Part shown: positions 9,338 to 17,876 of the stretch, in pieces
How positions within the stretch are numbered: position 1 is the first letter of the stretch
Layout: every line of letters starts with the position of its first letter
Assembly (NCBI GenBank): GCA_964480395.1
Contig: CAYZQB010000009.1
Span: 1-34,003, forward strand
Source: an uncultured Planctomycetia bacterium
GTDB lineage: Bacteria; Planctomycetota; UBA8742; SKZP01; CAYZQB01
Direction of reading: 5' to 3'
Length of the DNA stretch: 34,003 bases
Position numbers and translations under genes: made by a program
The notes under the pieces: model-generated
What the model was told of the DNA's origin: nothing
What the model saw: the letters and a program-made list of their open reading frames with translations, nothing else
Databases searched by the model: none

Positions 9338-11344
9338 TTATTCTAAATATACATCGCGTGGAGTGTTGTCTTTTGTAGCGTTTTCAGTGTCTTTGTCGAG
9401 TTTGGGATTGCTTTTATCGTCCATGCAGTCAATGCCACCGCCAACGTTTTTCTCATTTAATGCAGAATTTTTCATGATTTCGCATTTCTCGAAAACAGGA
9501 ATATTGCCATCAGAGCAGAGAATTCCACCGCCTCGAAATGCTGCTTTGTTTCCATTTATCTTTGTTTCAGTAAATTTTGGGGATGATTTCGCTGCTAAAT
9601 AAACTCCTGCACCAGAATTTGCAATGTTTCCACTTATTTCAGATTCAACAATCACAGGATTCGAATTTGCACAATAAACTCCACCACCACCGGTAAGCTT
9701 ATCTTCACTTGAGCAGACATTTTTTGTTATCTTGCATTTGGTAAATGCTGCATCAGCGTTAATAATGCAAACTCCTGCTCCGAAAGAAACTGCTTTATTG
9801 TTTGAAATTGTACAATCCGTCAACTTCGGAGCGGATTTATCATATATATAAAATCCGCCGCCGAATGTTGCTGAATTATCCATTATCTTACAATTGTTAA
9901 TCGTTGGTGAACTGTTTCCCCAGCAGCAAATTCCACCACCCATCAGCGTCATGGTTTCAGATGGTTTATTGCTCTTAATCTCACAGCTTTCAATCAACGG
10001 AGATGCTTCAAATGCGCAAAGAATCCCGCTTCCGATGAGATATTCATTCTCAAGTTTTATATATTTTGCAATATTTTCATGATTTGTGCTAATACCCTGG
10101 CAACCTGAAATAATGGTATGTTTCAAGATACTTTCGGATGATTTCTTCCCTAAAAACGTGATGTTATTCCAGGGATTTTCGGTGAGAGCGATGAAATTGA
10201 TTTTGTCTTCAGCAAGACCTTCAGCATTGAGTATCCCATAGCAGATAATTTCAGTATTTTGTGCGAATTTAAGTGTAACTCCGGGTTGGATAATTAATTT
10301 TGCATTCTCAGCAATAACAATCGGTTTTATAATTTCGTATGAATCTTTTTTTATTGTGAATTCACCACCTTTCAGCTCGAGTTTCCTTTTTAAGGTTTTT
10401 CCAAGCATAAATCTATCGAAAACGACGAGTGTTTCATTATATTCAAGTTCTTTACGCAGTGCTTGAATTTCTGGAATTCTTTTATCCTCAGGTATCAGTT
10501 TTATGAATGCATTACATGCTTCGATTGACTTATTTTGAGCAAGTTTGTAAAGAGCTTCGGTCATTTCAGTTCTGAATTTACCTTCGGGATAATCCGTTAA
10601 ATACTGTACGCAGTCATCAACGGTTATAGTATTTTCCAGTACTTTCTTGTAGATTTCAGTTTGAGTTTTAGTGTTGATAAGTTTGAGAATTTCTTCTTTG
10701 CGTTTGTCCTCAGGCAGTAGTTTTATGAAGAGTCTTCCAACCGCAGATGGTCCAATCTTGACGAATTCGAAAAATTTGTCAATAACTTGATCTTTATGGG
10801 TAGATTTGGGATAATTGTTAATGAATGTGTAGCATAATTTCACACCAGCAGCGATGTATTCAGGATCATCATTGACCGGAATTCCAGTAATAATGTCGAA
10901 TTCCTCTTCTTCTTTCTTTTGAATCACAATTTTTTTCATTTCAACAACTCTTTTATCCCTGGGCAGAATCTCAATGAATTTCTCGCAATCTTCATAAGTG
11001 CCAACTTTGGCAAGTTCAAAAAACCTGTCTTTTACTGCGGTCATATTCTCACTTTCACCATAACCTTGAATATATCTAATGCACTGGGGAATTTTTCCGG
11101 TCATTGCTGCTTCATAATCCTTTTTCTCCTGAGTACTCAACAACAGACTATCTTCATCTTCAGCCTTTACAACTGGGGCTTTTTCAGTAACAGGACATCC
11201 TGACAATAAAACCAATACGAAAAACAATAAGCATGCAAATTTGCATAGCATCGGCAGTTTAAGCATTTGCGTTTGAGTAATAATTGAGGTTTTACAGATG
11301 TTTTGAAGAAAACCAGCATGATTATCAAATTTATTACCATTCAT
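9338..11344 (-). CDS. Lipoprotein with three N-terminal ~75-aa repeats and a C-terminal right-handed parallel beta-helix (PbH1-like) domain
   Basis: AAGGAG lies 7 nt upstream of ATG 11344. Lipobox-like FVLVLLSGC. The C-terminal half has periodic GGG(I/V/F).C...S.P......C.I..N turns, e.g. GGGICCWGNSSPTINNCKIMDN and GGGGVYCANSNPVIVESEISGN, typical of beta-helix repeats. Confidence 0.7.
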   Translation of the reverse strand: MNGNKFDNHAGFLQNICKTSIITQTQMLKLPMLCKFACLLFFVLVLLSGCPVTEKAPVVKAEDEDSLLLSTQEKKDYEAAMTGKIPQCIRYIQGYGESENMTAVKDRFFELAKVGTYEDCEKFIEILPRDKRVVEMKKIVIQKKEEEEFDIITGIPVNDDPEYIAAGVKLCYTFINNYPKSTHKDQVIDKFFEFVKIGPSAVGRLFIKLLPEDKRKEEILKLINTKTQTEIYKKVLENTITVDDCVQYLTDYPEGKFRTEMTEALYKLAQNKSIEACNAFIKLIPEDKRIPEIQALRKELEYNETLVVFDRFMLGKTLKRKLELKGGEFTIKKDSYEIIKPIVIAENAKLIIQPGVTLKFAQNTEIICYGILNAEGLAEDKINFIALTENPWNNITFLGKKSSESILKHTIISGCQGISTNHENIAKYIKLENEYLIGSGILCAFEASPLIESCEIKSNKPSETMTLMGGGICCWGNSSPTINNCKIMDNSATFGGGFYIYDKSAPKLTDCTISNNKAVSFGAGVCIINADAAFTKCKITKNVCSSEDKLTGGGGVYCANSNPVIVESEISGNIANSGAGVYLAAKSSPKFTETKINGNKAAFRGGGILCSDGNIPVFEKCEIMKNSALNEKNVGGGIDCMDDKSNPKLDKDTENATKDNTPRDVYLE

Positions 11345-11671
11345 TCGAAAACTCCTTTATTTTTCATTACATACTGCATCCTTAAAAATCATTTATAACA
11401 TCATTGTCAAGAATACATGATGATTTTCTGTGGACTGTAAGCTAGTCTGGCAAAAATTATTATATTTCAGTTTTTGATACAAGTAAAAGCGAATTAACAT
11501 ATCTCTGATTTATACTGATTATAATTTAATAAAACGTTTAAAATGTCATTGAAATTAGATAAAATATGTGATGTGGAACAAAAATCATAATACAACCAGT
11601 AAAAATATGGGTATTTTTTGACGAATTTTAAGTAATTAAGTATTTGCATACAAAATTTTTGGAATTTGTTT

Positions 11672-13405
11672 ATGGAATTTGTAATCGGTGACGTACTCGG
11701 TAAATGCAGATTGATTGAATGGCTTGGTGATGGCGGAAACGGAGAAGTCTGGCTTGCCAAGCATTTGAATCTAGAAACAACGGTGGCACTTAAAATTTTG
11801 AATAGTGCATATTATGACACACCTAAATTTATTGAAAAGTTTTATAATGAAGCCCAGCAACTCGTTTTGATGGATCATCCAAACATTGTAAGGGTGTTCG
11901 ATGTCGATTTCGATAGAGGTTATCATTATATTGTGATGCAATTCGTTGACGGTCCTTCTCTAAAGTCTTTGATTCGAGAAAAACCTCTTTCCATCAAGGA
12001 TGCAATCGGTTATATTCTGCAAACCCTTGTCGGTCTTGATTATGCTCACAAACAGGGAATTATACACCGTGATATTAAGCTTGATAATCTGATGATAGCA
12101 AAAGATGGAACCGTTAAAATCGGCGATTTCGGTCTTGTTCGCAAGCTTAATACTGCAAGTGATAAAAATCTTAAAGATGAGATTTTCGGTACTGCTGAAT
12201 ACATGCCAGTCGAACAATGGGTAAATTTCAAGAAAGTCAGCTTCCAGGGAGATATTTTTGCTGTTGGAATATCATTTTTCAAGCTTATTACTTGCCGATT
12301 TCCCATAGAAGCCAAAACTCCCATGGGTATCATTAAAAAACTTGTTGATGGTGACAGAAGAAAACTCTCTGACTTTCTTAAGGAAGTTGATCCCAATCTC
12401 GAAAAAATCATTAATAAAGCAATTGAAATTAATCCGAAGAACCGTTATCAATCTGCAATAAGCTTTTCGAAAGCACTAGTGGATTATTGCATCAAAAATG
12501 ATTATCTGGATATTATTCCATCACAGCTTTATAAATTGTTTCCAACGCAAAAGTTTATTAAGGATAAATTTGAAGAAATTGAGGCAAAAGTACTATTAAT
12601 TGACGATGATCCTTATGTGCATATTTTCATGAAGAAGTTTATTGAATCGGTGCCTGCACATTTTATTGGTGCAACAAATGGAAATGAAGGCATCGACCTT
12701 GCACGTAAAGAAAAACCGAATCTAATTATTATCGATCACAACATGCCTGAAATGAGCGGTGTTGAAGTGCTTAAAAAACTTCAATCAGATGACGAAACCA
12801 ACGAAATTGACATGTGGATGCTAACTTCACTTGACGATGAAGAGCTTATGACAAAGGCATATGAAGATGGAATTACTGATTATATCGTCAAGCCGGTGTT
12901 TCTCAAACCCTTCGTTGCCAAAGTCAGACGGTTTTTTAAATCAAAAAATAAGTTGTTGAAGAAAATTAACATTAAACACAAAAATGACACCCGAAACAGA
13001 ACAAGACGACTAAAATCTAGAATGCTCGAAGAAACTACCGATATCAATGAAAGTAAAATTTTATCCAAACTTTCGCATTCTGTTGATGTTTTCAAAGAAA
13101 TTGATGGATTGAAAACTTTGATAATTTTTTCAAACACCGGTGAAATTTATTACAGTTTGAGTGATTCTAAACCGGATTTCATTGTTTTAACAAGCTTTTT
13201 TCATTCTGCTATGCAAAATTCCCAGTTGCTTTCTCAGGAACTTGGCATGAAATATGTTAAAGATATATTCTTATTTACCGAAAAATCAACAATATTCGTT
13301 TTCGATATTATAGATTTTAAACTCGCAATCGTAATTGACGAGCTTATTACAAAAGACATTTTGAGTGAGAAAATTGAAAATTTTTTAAGCGATTTTAGAA
13401 CATGA
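11672..13405 (+). CDS. Hanks-type Ser/Thr protein kinase fused to a response-regulator receiver domain and a C-terminal Roadblock/LC7-like domain
   Basis: Kinase motifs: GDGGNGEV (G-loop), VALKIL, HRDIKLDNLM, GDFGL, GTAEYMPVEQ. Receiver motifs: KVLLIDDD, LIIIDHNMPEMSG, WMLTS, YIVKP. The C-terminal ~115 aa (IDGLKTLIIFSNTGEIYYS...STIFVFDIIDFKLAIVIDE) align by eye to dynein LC7/MglB Roadblock. The ORF opens at TTG 11666; the first ATG is 11672. Confidence 0.85.
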   Translation: MEFVIGDVLGKCRLIEWLGDGGNGEVWLAKHLNLETTVALKILNSAYYDTPKFIEKFYNEAQQLVLMDHPNIVRVFDVDFDRGYHYIVMQFVDGPSLKSLIREKPLSIKDAIGYILQTLVGLDYAHKQGIIHRDIKLDNLMIAKDGTVKIGDFGLVRKLNTASDKNLKDEIFGTAEYMPVEQWVNFKKVSFQGDIFAVGISFFKLITCRFPIEAKTPMGIIKKLVDGDRRKLSDFLKEVDPNLEKIINKAIEINPKNRYQSAISFSKALVDYCIKNDYLDIIPSQLYKLFPTQKFIKDKFEEIEAKVLLIDDDPYVHIFMKKFIESVPAHFIGATNGNEGIDLARKEKPNLIIIDHNMPEMSGVEVLKKLQSDDETNEIDMWMLTSLDDEELMTKAYEDGITDYIVKPVFLKPFVAKVRRFFKSKNKLLKKINIKHKNDTRNRTRRLKSRMLEETTDINESKILSKLSHSVDVFKEIDGLKTLIIFSNTGEIYYSLSDSKPDFIVLTSFFHSAMQNSQLLSQELGMKYVKDIFLFTEKSTIFVFDIIDFKLAIVIDELITKDILSEKIENFLSDFRT

Positions 13406-13431
13406 TTTTTCATAGATTGAGCTGAAAAAAT

Positions 13432-15966
13432 ATGGAACTATTAACACTTAACGTTTTAGCTGTTACAAAAAACAGAGAAGAATACGATAGTATCAAGAAT
13501 TCAATTTATGGAATACAAAGACATATTATTAATCTACGCAGAGCGAAATGCTTAGATGAGGCAATTAAAACAATAAATAGAATTCAAATTGATGTTCTTC
13601 TCATTGATTTTTCTTCAATTCAATTATTTCTTCTCGACGAGCAAAATAAAAAGAAACACTTCCACGACAATAATAATGACTCGGAAGACACTGAAGAAAT
13701 TTGGGAAAAATATAATGAAGAAGATGACAACTTCGAATTAAAGCAACAGCTTGATAAGGTTACTGTTATTTTGCTGATTAAAAATGTAAGTATTGAACTT
13801 GCAAAAGTCATGATAAATACAGGTGCACAAGATTATATTTTAAAGAGCGAATACTCTAGTGAAAAAGTTCTCTCAATTTTACAGCTGTCAATAAATAAGA
13901 AAAAACTTATAAGTCAAACCAGAAATAACCTTGAAAAATATAAAGTGCTTTTTGAACAAGCGGGTGAATCAATCTTTATTCACTCATTTGATGGAAAATT
14001 ACTGCATGTGAATACCGATGCATGCAAAAGACTAGGGTATACTCGTGAAGAACTTTTGTCCCTTACAACAACAGAATTAAATTCACTAGAATACAAACAG
14101 TTTGTCGAACAAAAGATGAATCGATTGAAAAAAACCGGCAAAATCGTTTTTGAAACCGAGTTTATATCTAAGGATGGAAAAAAAATTCCACTTGAGATGA
14201 ATTCAAAATTTATCGAATATAATAACAAACCTGCTGTCATTACTTTGGCAAGGGACATTACTGAACGTAAAAAATCTGAATCAATTATTCGAGAAACACA
14301 AAACAAACTCGAAAAGAATATTGTTATCAGAACCGCTGAACTTCTACGATCCAACGAATCTCTTAGAAACGAAATCCTGGAGAGAAAAAGGGTCGAAAAA
14401 ATGCAAACTAATACGCTAAATTTCCTAACAAACATACTCAACGGTATGAGCGAAGCAGTAGTCGTAATCGATAACCAAAGAAGAATCAAGGATGTTAACA
14501 GAAAATTCCTCGAACTTTATGGCGGAACTAAAGAAGAAGCAATTGGTAAGCATTGCTACGAAATTTTGCATAGGAACGATAGTCCTTGTTTGGGAACTGA
14601 ATATCCGTGTTCTTTTCAATTCGTTATTGACACTGGTCAAACATTCGAAACAGGGAACATACATATTGGCAAGAACAACAATGAATTATTTGCTGAAATT
14701 TCCGCATTTCCGATTTTCGACAATGAAGCAAATGTTACAGATGTTGCTGCCATTATACGCGACATAACCGATCGAAAAAATAATGAACGTGAACTCCAAA
14801 AAGCAAAAGAAGCTGCAGAGGAAGCAAACCGTGCAAAAAGCTCATTTCTCGCTAATATGAGCCATGAACTTCGCACGCCGTTAAACGCTATTATCGGAAT
14901 TTCTCAGATGATGTCTTTAATTGACACTGGCAGTTTTAATATTGAACAGCTTCAAGCGATTGATGTGATACATAAAAGTGGTCAAAGATTACTCGGATTA
15001 ATCAATGACATTTTAGATTTATCAAAGGTTGAGGCAGGGAAAATGCAGGTTCAGCTCAGTCCATTTTCGATTTCGAAAATGTTCAAAAGTCTTGAAATCA
15101 TTGGTAACGGACTGACTAGAGGGAAAAATGTTAAATTTGTACTTGAGCAGGATTTAACTCCCGATATTGTTATCACCGATGAAAAGAAGCTCAATCAGAT
15201 ATTGATGAATCTTATTGGAAACGCATCGAAATTCACTGAAGAAGGTAAAATTATAATCCGTGCTTACACAATTGATGACAAACTTTATTTTGAGGTTGCA
15301 GACACCGGTATTGGCGTTTCGAAGGAAGACATGAAGTATGTTTTCGATGAGTTCAGGCAATTTGACAGCTCTTTATCGAAAAAATATAAAGGTTCGGGAC
15401 TTGGGTTGGCAATTTGCAAAACCTACGTCAATCTTCTCAAAGGTGAGATTTTCGTTGAAAGTACATTGAACAAAGGCACTGTCATCAGGTTTTATATTCC
15501 GCTTATTATTGATTCTGACGGCATAAATAAAATCAGTAATCTTTTTGATAAATTCGACCTCAAAGAAGAAGACCCGGAAATGGAGGAAATTGTCAGTAAG
15601 AATTTTCCACTTATTCTTATTGCTGAGGGGGAAAACTTCGGGAAAACATCATATAAAATCATGCTAAAAAGTCGCTATCAAGTCATTTTTGCAAAGAATA
15701 AAGCTGATATTATCGACAAATTCAAGCTCTATAATCCTGACATTGTCTTGCTTGACATCAATTCAACACAAATTGATGGACTGCAAACATATAATGAGTT
15801 GACTAAACTTGATACTGCTGGAAACATACCGATAATCGCTGTAACAACATATGTTCCAGATGAAGAACGTAAAAATATACTCTCTTTTGGATTTCGTGAA
15901 ATAATACGAAAACCAGTCAACGTGCAGGATCTTTATTCATTACTTGACCGCTACATTTTGTCATAG
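13432..15966 (+). CDS. Hybrid sensor histidine kinase: receiver-like N-terminus, two PAS domains, HisKA, HATPase_c, C-terminal receiver
   Basis: H-box SHELRTPLNAI (His codon 14863-14865), N-box LIGNASKFT, G1 DTGIGV, G2 GSGLGLAICK. Two PAS-like segments, each followed by (A)RDITERK / IRDITDRK. C-terminal REC: VLLDINSTQIDG, IIAVTT, IRKP. It lies 26 nt downstream of the kinase gene. Confidence 0.9.
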   Translation: MELLTLNVLAVTKNREEYDSIKNSIYGIQRHIINLRRAKCLDEAIKTINRIQIDVLLIDFSSIQLFLLDEQNKKKHFHDNNNDSEDTEEIWEKYNEEDDNFELKQQLDKVTVILLIKNVSIELAKVMINTGAQDYILKSEYSSEKVLSILQLSINKKKLISQTRNNLEKYKVLFEQAGESIFIHSFDGKLLHVNTDACKRLGYTREELLSLTTTELNSLEYKQFVEQKMNRLKKTGKIVFETEFISKDGKKIPLEMNSKFIEYNNKPAVITLARDITERKKSESIIRETQNKLEKNIVIRTAELLRSNESLRNEILERKRVEKMQTNTLNFLTNILNGMSEAVVVIDNQRRIKDVNRKFLELYGGTKEEAIGKHCYEILHRNDSPCLGTEYPCSFQFVIDTGQTFETGNIHIGKNNNELFAEISAFPIFDNEANVTDVAAIIRDITDRKNNERELQKAKEAAEEANRAKSSFLANMSHELRTPLNAIIGISQMMSLIDTGSFNIEQLQAIDVIHKSGQRLLGLINDILDLSKVEAGKMQVQLSPFSISKMFKSLEIIGNGLTRGKNVKFVLEQDLTPDIVITDEKKLNQILMNLIGNASKFTEEGKIIIRAYTIDDKLYFEVADTGIGVSKEDMKYVFDEFRQFDSSLSKKYKGSGLGLAICKTYVNLLKGEIFVESTLNKGTVIRFYIPLIIDSDGINKISNLFDKFDLKEEDPEMEEIVSKNFPLILIAEGENFGKTSYKIMLKSRYQVIFAKNKADIIDKFKLYNPDIVLLDINSTQIDGLQTYNELTKLDTAGNIPIIAVTTYVPDEERKNILSFGFREIIRKPVNVQDLYSLLDRYILS

Positions 15967-16050
15967 GTGCTATGAATGAAATAGTCTCATTTTATGCGTA
16001 GTTTTTTCGAGTAAATCCAACAAAGTCAGTTATTCCTGGAATATTAATCA

Positions 16051-17694
16051 TTAAAATTCATCTGTGTCTTCATCACTATCATCAATATCATTTCTGTAGT
16101 CGTCAAATGGTTGCGAGAATCCTTCCTCGATGTCTTCATCCACTTCATCTTCGTTTGGTATTGACAACTTCGGATATACTTCAAAACTCAGGTCTTCGTC
16201 AATGTTCTGCTTCTTAGGTATATAATCTTCATAAGTTGCAGAAACATCATCATCACCATATTGCGTTGTTAGATTGTCGAAAAGCATATAATTCGAGCGG
16301 TATGCTAATTCAACATCACCTGTGGGTCCATTTCTTTGCTTAGCAACAATCAATGTCGCTTTGTTCTGGTCTTCTTCTTTGCGAGTATAGTAATAATCAC
16401 GATGAAGGAGAACAATTACATCAGCATCCTGCTCAATTGATCCTGATTCACGTAAATCACTCATTCTGGGTTTGTTAGTACCTTGTTTGCCTTGACGTTT
16501 CTCTACATCTCTATTCAACTGTGAAAGAACGATAACAGGAATTTTCATTTCACGTGCAAGTGCTTTTAAACCACGCGAAATCGTTGATATTTCTTGTTCA
16601 CGGTTCGAATTTTTGTTTAATTTTGGTGGTGACATAAGTTGAAGATAATCCAAAACAACCATCTGAATATCGTATTGGGAAACGAGTCTGCGCGTCTTAG
16701 CAGCGAGTTCACGCAAAGAAATTCCCGGGGTATCGTCAATGTAAAGAGGTGCTTCACCAAGCTCGCCAGTTGCACGCGAGAATCGTGAATAATCGTCACC
16801 TCTAAAGTTACCGAGTCTGATTCGCGAAGAATCAATCCGTGCTTGTGCGGAAAGTAAATTCTTTACAATTTGTTCATTACTCATTTCGCAGGAGAAAAAA
16901 GCAACCGATTTATTGATTTCGACTGCTACGTGCCTTGCAATATTGAGCGCGAGAGTTGTTTTACCCATTGAGGGTCGAGCAGCAACAATAATCAACTCAC
17001 CGCGTTGAAATCCTGCGGTTAGTTCGTCAAGACGGGTAAAACCAGATGGCATACCGGTTATAGTGGATTCGCTGTTCTCAAACATCTTAAGATTTTGTAA
17101 TATTCTGCTTAAAATATCCTTCATCGAGAATACTTCAGACTGGAAATCACCTTGCGTAATGCTGAAAATCGCTGCTTCAAGTCTGTCCAGCGTTTCAGAT
17201 ACATCCATTGTGCTATCATATGCTTTTTCGATATATTGCCTTGAAAGTCTGATTATCGAACGTCTAATGGAGTGCTTTCGTAAAATTTCAATGTAATTGC
17301 TAATACTCGGTATATACGAAATCCTACCAGGTAATTCCGTTAAATAATCAAGTCCGCCATAAGCTTCATCGTTTCCATGCGTTGATTTCAATACATTGTC
17401 GAGTGTTACATAATCGATATTTTCTGATTTGTCGTAAAGTGTAAGTATCGCTTCATATATGCGTTGATGTCTTTTTAAATAAAAATCCTCGGGTTTTATA
17501 CGTTGTGAAACCTCATGCATGCAATCATTATCAAGAATTATTGAACCGAGAAGGGCAATTTCGGTTTCAGGTGAATGTGGGGCGATTTTTCCAAGTTCTT
17601 CGAACCTGTCATCAGCGTAAATATTGTCTTTGCTATTATCAGCAGCTTTTTTATTGTTTTTATCTGCACTTATAAAGTTACTATCATCAGCCAT
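16051..17694 (-). CDS. dnaB: Replicative DNA helicase DnaB with a 73-aa acidic C-terminal tail
   Basis: PHSPETEIALLGSIILD (DnaB N-terminal motif), Walker A ARPSMGKTTLAL, Walker B MVVLDYLQLM, SQLNR, IEQDADVIVLLHRD, KQRNGPTG. GAGGA lies 6 nt upstream of the ATG. Confidence 0.93.
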   Translation of the reverse strand: MADDSNFISADKNNKKAADNSKDNIYADDRFEELGKIAPHSPETEIALLGSIILDNDCMHEVSQRIKPEDFYLKRHQRIYEAILTLYDKSENIDYVTLDNVLKSTHGNDEAYGGLDYLTELPGRISYIPSISNYIEILRKHSIRRSIIRLSRQYIEKAYDSTMDVSETLDRLEAAIFSITQGDFQSEVFSMKDILSRILQNLKMFENSESTITGMPSGFTRLDELTAGFQRGELIIVAARPSMGKTTLALNIARHVAVEINKSVAFFSCEMSNEQIVKNLLSAQARIDSSRIRLGNFRGDDYSRFSRATGELGEAPLYIDDTPGISLRELAAKTRRLVSQYDIQMVVLDYLQLMSPPKLNKNSNREQEISTISRGLKALAREMKIPVIVLSQLNRDVEKRQGKQGTNKPRMSDLRESGSIEQDADVIVLLHRDYYYTRKEEDQNKATLIVAKQRNGPTGDVELAYRSNYMLFDNLTTQYGDDDVSATYEDYIPKKQNIDEDLSFEVYPKLSIPNEDEVDEDIEEGFSQPFDDYRNDIDDSDEDTDEF

Positions 17695-17876
17695 AATTCG
17701 TCCTCATAAAATTGATTTCATATAAAGTAAATTGTATGTAAATGAAATTTCATTAGAATATTGTTCATTGATTAATAAAGAGATTTTATGCTATGAGATT
17801 GTAGCTGTTGTAAAATCAGCATTTGAAATATCAGCGTCCAAAATTTTATACATAATTTTGCACAAAACAGTGAGGG

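Noticed and set aside
12046-12411. 121-aa minus-strand ORF inside the Ser/Thr kinase gene. The same applies to 13980..14489, 18170..18553, 23640..24053, 26031..26432, 31540..31872, 32270..32854, 7749..8078 and 11494..11760
   Set aside because: All are embedded antisense or out of frame in genes with strong family motifs. None has an SD or a recognisable motif.
16031-16043. 13-nt perfect palindrome tattcc-t-ggaata between the convergent HK and dnaB genes
   Set aside because: It is short and AT-rich with a 1-nt centre, so it cannot form a hairpin. It occurs once, which is consistent with chance in an AT-rich genome, and I recognise no operator consensus.
16051-17694. Intein or insertion inside DnaB as the explanation for its 547-aa length
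   Set aside because: The Walker A, Walker B and arginine-finger regions are contiguous, with no inserted block. The extra length is entirely the acidic C-terminal tail.
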